DNA of 64,000 nucleotides from an uncultured delta proteobacterium (GTDB lineage Bacteria; Myxococcota; UBA727; VGSZ01): NCBI GenBank assembly GCA_963775425.1, contig CAVZJB010000016.1, positions 256,001 to 320,000 of the forward strand, read 5' to 3'. Shown piece by piece: positions 56,098 to 64,000 of this stretch (position 1 is its first letter; each line of letters starts with the position of its first letter). The notes under the pieces were generated by a model. It saw only the letters and a program-made list of their open reading frames with translations, ran no database searches and was not told where the DNA came from. The position numbers and the translations under genes were made by a program.

Positions 56098-57261
56098 GTG
56101 CGCGCCCTCGCCGCGTCCAGCGCTGCCTCGCTGCCCGCCGACGCGGTGCTGCAGGTGGGGGAGCGCCTGCGCGCCCTGCAGCTCGACCGGAGCGCCCCGT
56201 CGTGCGCGCTCGTCTTCGCCACCACGCACCTCGCGCGCGACCCGGTGGCGCTGTCGGCGGCCGTGCGCGACCTCCTCGGTGACGACGTGCCTTTCGTCGG
56301 CTTCGTCGGCCGCACCGCCGTTCACGACGCGCGCCTGCGCGAGCGCAAGCCCGCGCTCTCGATGCTCGTGCTCGAAGGCGCCCGCGGCGACGCCCGCACC
56401 GCCGCCCTCGCCGGCGCCGCCGCCGACGTCGCCGGCGGCCTCCTCGCCGACGCCCCCCGCGGCGCCTCTCGCTTCCTCTCCGTCGCCGCCGACGCCGGCA
56501 CCCCCGGCGCCCTCCTCGACTTCCTCCCCGCCCTCGACGACCAGCACGTCCCCGTCGCGGGCTGCCTCTCGGTCCCGCCCGCGGGCCAGCGCCCGAGCAT
56601 CCTCGCCGCCGAGCTCCCCCGCAGCGGCGACGGGCCCGAGCCCGCCGCCGCCCTCCTCGACGTCGACGGCGTCAGCGCCGTCCTCGGCGTCGCCCAGGCC
56701 GCCCGCCCCCTCGGCCCCGCGCGCTCGGTCACCGCCGCCACCGGCAACGTCATCCAGGAGCTCGACGGCCGCCCGGCGGTGGAGGCCCTGCTGCGCGACC
56801 TGCCCGCGTCGCTGCGCAGCCGCATCCCCCAGCTCGGCGGCGCGCTCTGCGCCGGCATCGGCACCGCCGGCGGCGAAGCGCTGCTCATGCGCCACGTCGT
56901 CGGCCTCGACCCCACCACCGGCGCCGTCGCCGTCGCCGGCGTCGCCCGCGTCGGCGCCGAGATCGTCTTCACGATGCGCGACCGCACCGCCGCACGCCAC
57001 GACCTCCTCGACGTCATCGACGGGCTCGAGGACGTCCTCGGCGGCACGCGCCCCCTGGCGTTCGTCCTGTTCGACTGCGCCGCGCGCGACGGCGGCCTCT
57101 TCGGCGTGCAGAACCACGACGCGCAGCAACTGCTCGCGCGCTTCGGCACGGATGTCCCCGTCGTCGGCGTCGCCGGCGGCGGCGAGCTGTGCACGTACGG
57201 CGCCGCCACCTACCTGTTCGGGATGAGCTGCGTCGTCGCCGCGTTGATCCCTGCCGCGTGA
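56098..57261 (+). CDS. FIST N/C-domain signal transduction protein
   Basis: VAQAARPLG, VTAATGNVIQELDGRPA, FDCAARDGGLFG, GGGELC, G.SCV. Confidence 0.87.
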   Translation: MRALAASSAASLPADAVLQVGERLRALQLDRSAPSCALVFATTHLARDPVALSAAVRDLLGDDVPFVGFVGRTAVHDARLRERKPALSMLVLEGARGDARTAALAGAAADVAGGLLADAPRGASRFLSVAADAGTPGALLDFLPALDDQHVPVAGCLSVPPAGQRPSILAAELPRSGDGPEPAAALLDVDGVSAVLGVAQAARPLGPARSVTAATGNVIQELDGRPAVEALLRDLPASLRSRIPQLGGALCAGIGTAGGEALLMRHVVGLDPTTGAVAVAGVARVGAEIVFTMRDRTAARHDLLDVIDGLEDVLGGTRPLAFVLFDCAARDGGLFGVQNHDAQQLLARFGTDVPVVGVAGGGELCTYGAATYLFGMSCVVAALIPAA

Positions 57262-57296
57262 CGACGTCCGCGCACAGGGCGCCGCCGATGACGCGC

Positions 57297-58244
57297 TCAG
57301 ATGGGATCGGGCACGCGCTCGTCGGGGACCTGCGCCACGAGGAACTCGCGGAGCTCCGGCCACGGCTGCACGAGCGCGCGGACCTCGGCGCCGAAGGGCC
57401 GGGCCCCGGCGAGCAGGCGCTCCACGCGCGCCGACGCCCCCGCGCCCTCGGCGCGGTCGAGGCAGTACGCCAGCAGCACCCGCTGGGCCTTCATCGCGTC
57501 GCCGCTCGCGGTGGTCTCCAGCCGCTCCCAATGCTTGTCGAGGAGCGCCGCGGCCTCGCCGAAGCGGCCCTGGCGCGCCCGCAGCACGGCGGTGACGACG
57601 TCGGCGGTGTGCTCCTGCACGATGTTGCGCTTCTTGTTGCCGAGCGCGAGCCAGTCCTCGGCGGCCGCGGTCTCGCCGAGCACGGCGTAGGCGCGCGCGA
57701 TGTGAAACGGGATGGCCTCGGCGAGGTGGGGCTGAAAGCGGCGGATGGACCGGCTCCTCGACGCCACCGCCAACAGCTCGAGCTGCCCCTCGACGTCGCC
57801 GCGCAGGCCCTTTACGCCCGCGAGCTGCAGGACGGCGAGCCCGTGGATCTGCTCGTTGCCGCGATTTCGGTGCGCGATCTCCGTGAGGAGCGTCGCCGCG
57901 TCGACCAGGCGCCGCTCCTGCGTGAGCGCGCCCGCGGCGCCGAGCCTCTTGTTGGCCGCGCGGATGTGGCGGCGCAGATAGAGCCCCGGCACCAGCAGCG
58001 TCATCACGGGGAGGATGAGCAGCGCGGGCGAAAGCGCCGACAGCGGCACCGCGGCGAGCACGCTCGCGACGATGGCAGCGCCGTAGAGGGCGCCGAAGCG
58101 GCCGAGGGCGGGCTTGCGCAGCGCCTTGTCCGCCGGCGGCGGCGGGTAGACCAGGCCGCCCTGCACGGTCCGCGGCGGCGGGGGCACGGTCAACGCCGCG
58201 ACCGGCGCGCCCTGGCCGGTCGAGGGCCCGCCGGCGGAGCTCAT
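57297..58244 (-). CDS. Hypothetical membrane protein with TPR-like helices
   Basis: Two TM helices then helical repeats (RARQGRFGEAAALL); ATGA overlap with upstream stop. Confidence 0.7.
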   Translation of the reverse strand: MSSAGGPSTGQGAPVAALTVPPPPRTVQGGLVYPPPPADKALRKPALGRFGALYGAAIVASVLAAVPLSALSPALLILPVMTLLVPGLYLRRHIRAANKRLGAAGALTQERRLVDAATLLTEIAHRNRGNEQIHGLAVLQLAGVKGLRGDVEGQLELLAVASRSRSIRRFQPHLAEAIPFHIARAYAVLGETAAAEDWLALGNKKRNIVQEHTADVVTAVLRARQGRFGEAAALLDKHWERLETTASGDAMKAQRVLLAYCLDRAEGAGASARVERLLAGARPFGAEVRALVQPWPELREFLVAQVPDERVPDPI

Positions 58245-59392
58245 GGCCCGAGGACCTCGCGGGCGATCACGATGCGCTGCACCTCGCTGGTGCCCTCGTA
58301 GATGCGCGTGACGCGCGCGTCCCGGTACAGGCGCTCGATGGGGAAGTCCTCGACGTAGCCGTAGCCGCCGTGGAGCTGCAGCATGCGATCGACGACGCGG
58401 CCGCAGGCCTCGGACGCGAACAGCTTGGCCATCGACGACGCCACCGCCGTGCGCTCCGCGCCCGCGTCCTTGGCCGCCGCCGCGCTCAACAGCAGGAGCC
58501 AGGACTGCTCGACGTCGAGGGCGGAGTCCGCGAGGGCGAACTGGGTCGCTTGAAATGCCGTGAGCGGCTTGCCGAAGGTCCGGCGCTCCTGCGCGTACTT
58601 GACGCCCTCGGCGAGGGCGGCCTCCGCGATGCCGAGCGCCTGCGCCGCGATGCCGAGGCGGCCGCCGTCGAGGGCGCCGAGGGCGATGCCGTAGCCGCGA
58701 TCGACGTCGCCGAGCACCTGCCTGGCGGGCACCCGGCAGTCCTCGAAGTGAAGCTGCGCGGTGTTGCTCGCGCGCAGCCCCATCTTCTTTTCCTCCTTGC
58801 CCGCGAACAGGCCCTTTTGGCCTTGCTCGACGAGGAAGCAGGTGATGCCGCGGCTGCCCTTGTCCGGCGACGTCTTGGCGAACACCAGGTGGATGCCGGC
58901 GAACCCGCCGTTGGTGATCCACTGCTTGCTGCCGTTCAGGACGTAGTCGCCGCCGTCCTTCACCGCCGTCGTCGACAGCGCGCTGGCGTCGCTGCCGCAG
59001 TGGGGCTCCGACAGGGCGAAGGTGCCGGCGCCGAGCTTGCCCGCGAGGTACGGCTCGAGCCACCGCGATTTCTGCGCCGCCGTGCCGTGGCGCGCCAGGA
59101 TGTCGGCGGCGAGGTTGCAGACCGCCATGGTCACGCCCGTGGACGCGCAGGCCCGCGACACCTCGCTGACGGCCATGACGTAGCTCGTCATGTCCGCGCC
59201 GGCCCCGCCGTCGTCGAGCGGGACCTTGATGCCGAGCAGGCCGAGCGCGCCGAGCTGCGGGATGAGGTCGGCGGGGAAGCGGCCGGTGCGATCCCGCTTG
59301 TGTGCGTCGGGCGCCACGCGCTTGTCGGCGAAGTCGCGCGCGGTCTCCCAGATGAGCTGCTGCTCGTCGGTGAGCGGGACGGAGCCGATCAT
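58241..59392 (-). CDS. Acyl-CoA dehydrogenase
   Basis: [56 protein letters not shown]; AGAGGA RBS. Confidence 0.95.
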   Translation of the reverse strand: MIGSVPLTDEQQLIWETARDFADKRVAPDAHKRDRTGRFPADLIPQLGALGLLGIKVPLDDGGAGADMTSYVMAVSEVSRACASTGVTMAVCNLAADILARHGTAAQKSRWLEPYLAGKLGAGTFALSEPHCGSDASALSTTAVKDGGDYVLNGSKQWITNGGFAGIHLVFAKTSPDKGSRGITCFLVEQGQKGLFAGKEEKKMGLRASNTAQLHFEDCRVPARQVLGDVDRGYGIALGALDGGRLGIAAQALGIAEAALAEGVKYAQERRTFGKPLTAFQATQFALADSALDVEQSWLLLLSAAAAKDAGAERTAVASSMAKLFASEACGRVVDRMLQLHGGYGYVEDFPIERLYRDARVTRIYEGTSEVQRIVIAREVLGP

Positions 59393-59417
59393 GCGGTCCT
59401 CTTTGCTGGCGGGCACG

Positions 59418-60080
59418 TCACAGCGACTCCGTGCCCTTCGTTTGCGCCGGGGTCATCACCGACGGCCCGGTCTGATCCACGAGGCGGCCGTCGGCGTCGA
59501 CGCCGATGCCGAGCCGGTCCGAGAGCGCCTGCGGGTACGTGCGCGCGGCGCGGTCGGCGGCCTCGCCGGCCGCGTTGGCGTCCTTGCCGACGATGGCGAC
59601 GTCGAGCAGGCCGAGCCCGAGGCCGCCCACGCCAAGGACACCGGCGCCGATGGCGATGGCGACGACGGCGCCCGTCTGCTGGTCGTCGGGGATGGGCAGC
59701 ACGAGGGGGACGAGCATCCCGACGAGGCCCGCGAGGCCGGCGCCCATGCCGATGCTGCTGGCGTCGGCGAGCCACGCGTAGTCCTCGACCTTCTTGCGCG
59801 CGGCCACGTGGTCGCGGATGGCCATGGCGGCGGGGGACTTGTCGTCGACGGCGGGCAGCAGGTCCTCCGGCCAGTACACGCGCTCGCCGCCGTGGAGGAA
59901 CATGTGGTCCGCCTCGCGCGTGTCGAGGGCGTAGGTCTTGTAGTACTGCGCCCGCGCCGCATACGGCGACGTCGGCGACGGCGCCCGCGGGATCTCCACG
60001 TGCGGGTTGGGCGTGGCGCAGCCGCTCCCGGCGACGAGAGCGACGACAACGACGACGACGAGGATCCGCCGCGCGCTCAC
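59418..60080 (-). CDS. Hypothetical lipoprotein with two Gly-rich hydrophobic helices
   Basis: VVVALVAGSGC signal; GTGA overlap with upstream stop. Confidence 0.7.
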   Translation of the reverse strand: MSARRILVVVVVVALVAGSGCATPNPHVEIPRAPSPTSPYAARAQYYKTYALDTREADHMFLHGGERVYWPEDLLPAVDDKSPAAMAIRDHVAARKKVEDYAWLADASSIGMGAGLAGLVGMLVPLVLPIPDDQQTGAVVAIAIGAGVLGVGGLGLGLLDVAIVGKDANAAGEAADRAARTYPQALSDRLGIGVDADGRLVDQTGPSVMTPAQTKGTESL

Positions 60081-60543
60081 CAGTAGCTCCGCATGAGCTC
60101 GGTGGCCCACGCCGGCTGGCGCACCTCGCCGCGCGGGAGGAATTCGCGCATGACGGGCTTGATGTCGACGACGGGGGTGCCGTCGACGGCGTCGAGGCCC
60201 TCCACCTCGAGCACGGGACCTTCGACGCGCTTGATGCGGCAGGTGGTGACCCCCACGCGGTTGGGGCGCTTCTTGCCGCGCTGGGCGAAGATGCCGACCG
60301 CGGGCCAGTCCGTGCGCCCGCGGGGGTGGCGCGCGCCGGTGACGGCGGCGGCGGGGTCGACGCGGTCGAAGACGTAGACGACGTCGACGTGCGAAAAGCC
60401 CTCGAGGCCCGCGAGCGCGTCGGCGCCGAACGGCGGGGCGAGCTCGATGCGCGCGGTCTCCGCGTCCCAGCCGTCGTCGCGCGGCTCCTTGCGGGTGCTG
60501 CGCACGACGCCGACGGGCGCGATGGAGAAGCCGAGCGCGTCCA

Positions 60544-60547
<4 letters not shown>
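60077..60547 (-). CDS. TsaA/TrmO-like SAM-binding protein
   Basis: [49 protein letters not shown]. Confidence 0.88.
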
Positions 60548-61683
<1,136 letters not shown>

Positions 61684-61724
61684 GCCCGCCGCTTAGCGCA
61701 GCAAATCGCCCTCGTCGACGGGCG

Positions 61725-62645
61725 TCACCCGCACGAGCCGGTGCATCTGGTGAACGTGCGCAGCCCGTCGCTGCGCCCGATCTGGAGGTCGGCGAGGGTG
61801 ACCTGGCCCGCCTTCACCGAGATGGGAGCGGAGGCGATGAGGCGGAAGCTGTCGCCGTCCTTCACGTAGCCGTCGACGGTCCAGTCGCCGGGCGGCACGT
61901 TGACGCCGAAGAAGAACCCGTCGGCGGTGGTGGAGCGGACGAACGCGCTCGGCAGCTCGTTGTCGGTGTAGCCCGACGAGAACGCCTTCGGCACGGAGCA
62001 GTTGTCGTCGTGCACGAGGATCTGGACCTTGTCGACGGCGACGTCGCCGTCGCAGCCGGCGACCTTGCCGAACAGGAAGCCATTTTCGTCCTTGAGGTCC
62101 ACGCCGAGGATGAGCGTGACGAGGCTGAGCGTGCCGTTGGCGACGTTTCGGAAGTCGAACGTGGGGGCGGCGCCGGCGTCGCCGGGCTCGAGGACCACGT
62201 GCTGGCCGACCGTGACGCGGGAGTCGTTGTCGTTCCTGTCGTTGACGTAGGCGATGGGCGCGCAGAGCGGGACGTCGTCGTGCGAGAGGTTGCCGTCGGC
62301 GTCGGAGGTGGCGCTCCAGTCCGGGGCGGCGGTGAGGTCGTCGCCGGCGAAGAAGTCGACGCTCATGCCGCCGACGGGATCCTTGGACTGATGATCGACG
62401 GTGCGCGCGTCGAGAGTGGCGGCGACCGCGCAGGACGCGTCAAAGGGGTCCTCGTCGGTGAGCGCGCCGGCGGCGCACGACAAATCGGCTTCGGGCGCGG
62501 GCTCGTCGGCGAGGAACTGGCTGAACCAGTCGCCGTCGCAGGTGTTGTTCTCGGGCACGGGCTGCTTGCAGCCGAAGACACCCATCAGCGGCACGAGGCC
62601 CACGACGACGACGAACGACCCGAACAAACGCATGCTGTCCCCCAC
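61725..62645 (-). CDS. Hypothetical lipoprotein with carboxypeptidase-regulatory-like beta domains
   Basis: VFGC lipobox; ATSDADG and TTADGFFFGVNVPPG; start GTG 62645 or ATG 62633. Confidence 0.75.
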   Translation of the reverse strand: MGDSMRLFGSFVVVVGLVPLMGVFGCKQPVPENNTCDGDWFSQFLADEPAPEADLSCAAGALTDEDPFDASCAVAATLDARTVDHQSKDPVGGMSVDFFAGDDLTAAPDWSATSDADGNLSHDDVPLCAPIAYVNDRNDNDSRVTVGQHVVLEPGDAGAAPTFDFRNVANGTLSLVTLILGVDLKDENGFLFGKVAGCDGDVAVDKVQILVHDDNCSVPKAFSSGYTDNELPSAFVRSTTADGFFFGVNVPPGDWTVDGYVKDGDSFRLIASAPISVKAGQVTLADLQIGRSDGLRTFTRCTGSCG

Positions 62646-62787
62646 GCGCCGCGTCTATCGAGCGCGCGCTCGTGGCACAACCGGGCGCATCGGTCGCTCG
62701 CCCGGCGGTCGCTCCGTCACTCGCATCGTCCGTCGCGGCGATGCTCCCCGGCCGCACGGGGTGCGCACGGGGCACGAAAACCTCCGC

Positions 62788-63882
62788 ATGAGCTCCGCAG
62801 CCGTCCCCTCGCCGCGCCCCGCTCCGATGCGCGCCCCCCTGCGTCCCGTCGTCGACGACACCGCGCCCGCCGACGTCCCTCCCGAAGCCGCGTCGCCATC
62901 GCCGTCGCCGTCGTCGCCGTCGTCGCCGCCGTCGCCATCGTCGCCGTCGTCGCCATCGTCGCCGTCGTCGCCGTCGTCGCCGCGCACGTCCTCTGCCCGC
63001 GCGAGGGCGTCGATGCGCCCCGCGACGAAGCCGCCCGTGCCGGCGGCGGCGCGCGCGCCGACCCGTGGGTTATCCAGGGCGCCGCCGACGACGACGCAGG
63101 CGCCGCCGAAGCTCGACCACATCCCGCGCGCGTGGGTCACCGAAGCGATGGCCGCCACCGGGGTGAAGGAGCAAGACCCGCCGTTCCCCGGCAGCCACCT
63201 GTACACGCCCGGCGACGGCAAGCCGCACCCGGCGATCCTGCTGCTGCACGGCAGCGAGGGCGGCGACGCGGGCTTCAACGACCTCGCCGCCGTGTACCTC
63301 GCCAGGGCGGGCTTCACGGTGCTGTCGTTCGACTACGCGGGCAAGAGCAAGGGCATCCCGCACCAGCTCGCCAACGTGAAGCTCGACCGCACGCTTGCCG
63401 CGGCGCGCTGGTTGAAGGCCAACGCCAACGTCGCCGGCAAGAAGCTTGGGCTGTACGGGTGGTCCCGCGGCGCCGAGCAAGCGCTCATCCTCGCCAGCCT
63501 CCAGAAGGACACCAAGCTGCTCTCCGCCGTCGCCGCGCACGCGCCCCACGCCACCGTCGTCGGCTCCTGCGTCCTCGGAAAGAGCGAGCCCGTCTACGAC
63601 GCGCACGGCAGGGAGCAGCCGGGCTGGCTTCTGCACGGAAAGCCCAAGGCGCCCGGGCCCATCGAGGTCGAGAAGTTCAAGGGCCCCATCTACCTTTCGC
63701 ACGGCACCGCCGACGAGACCTGGGACGTCGACAACACCAAGCGCCTCGAGGCGCGCTTGAAAAAGGCCGGCAAGCACCCCGAGGTCCACACCTACCCGGG
63801 CGAGGGACACGTGCTCCAGAAGTCCGGCGACGAAAACGAGGCGCGCGTCATCGCCTTCTTCCGGCGAACCCTCGGCACCTGA
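62788..63882 (+). CDS. Alpha/beta hydrolase (acyl-CoA thioesterase/BAAT-like) with a long Pro/Ser-rich N-terminus
   Basis: LLHGSEGG, GWSRGAE nucleophile elbow, HGTADETW, YPGEGH. Confidence 0.85.
   Translation: MSSAAVPSPRPAPMRAPLRPVVDDTAPADVPPEAASPSPSPSSPSSPPSPSSPSSPSSPSSPSSPRTSSARARASMRPATKPPVPAAARAPTRGLSRAPPTTTQAPPKLDHIPRAWVTEAMAATGVKEQDPPFPGSHLYTPGDGKPHPAILLLHGSEGGDAGFNDLAAVYLARAGFTVLSFDYAGKSKGIPHQLANVKLDRTLAAARWLKANANVAGKKLGLYGWSRGAEQALILASLQKDTKLLSAVAAHAPHATVVGSCVLGKSEPVYDAHGREQPGWLLHGKPKAPGPIEVEKFKGPIYLSHGTADETWDVDNTKRLEARLKKAGKHPEVHTYPGEGHVLQKSGDENEARVIAFFRRTLGT
62893..62982 (+). repeat. Degenerate 9-bp tandem repeat encoding (PSS)n
   Basis: CCGTCGTCG units. Confidence 0.85.
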
Positions 63883-63955
63883 GCGGGGCACCGACGCGAC
63901 GAGCGCGACCGACGCGGCGGGTGCGACGACAGCGCGAACGCCGCCGCCGCGCGGC

Positions 63956-64000
63956 TCATCGCTCGAGGTCCTCGAGAACGTCGCGCTGGCGCTGGTGGAT
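63956..64000 (-). CDS. 3' end of a gene entering from beyond the window
   Basis: Minus strand reads IHQRQRDVLEDLER-stop with GC3-rich codons; too short to assign. Confidence 0.4.
   Translation of the reverse strand: MHQRQRDVLEDLER

Overview
Very GC-rich bacterial chromosomal segment, most likely from a Myxococcota/deltaproteobacterial lineage. This is inferred from a MYXO-CTERM-like tail, an AgmX/PglI-type protein, Cys-rich lipoproteins and (GE)n acidic linkers. About 65 CDSs are densely packed. Housekeeping genes: ndk, gltX, RluD-like synthase, sucC/sucD, lipA/lipB, metG, acs, mtnP, rlmN, icd. Lipid-metabolism genes: desaturase, SDR, two acyl-CoA dehydrogenases, SCP2, PhyH-like, Mpo1-like, START-like. 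Signalling genes: FHA plus degenerate GGDEF, GAF-HD-GYP, Crp, ArsR, FIST. There are also many lipoproteins. I recognised no rRNA, tRNA or CRISPR array. Most notable observations: (i) a divergent locus at 35.6-41.4 kb with a 1256-aa dikinase in glucan,water-dikinase domain order opposite a 74-aa protein and a transglutaminase-like Cys-His-Asp enzyme; both large proteins lack signal peptides; (ii) three (GE)n/lamin-tail-domain surface proteins, one frameshifted inside its repeat; (iii) a pervasive TA-hexamer 6-8 nt before start codons, suggesting leaderless mRNAs, including a 20-bp bidirectional promoter at metG; (iv) a 59-aa ORF coupled between sucC and sucD; (v) an IS1182-like remnant and a solo copy of its end, both abutting TGA stop codons; (vi) a strikingly eukaryote-like short-chain acyl-CoA dehydrogenase. 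All family assignments come from motif recognition by eye; no searches were run.
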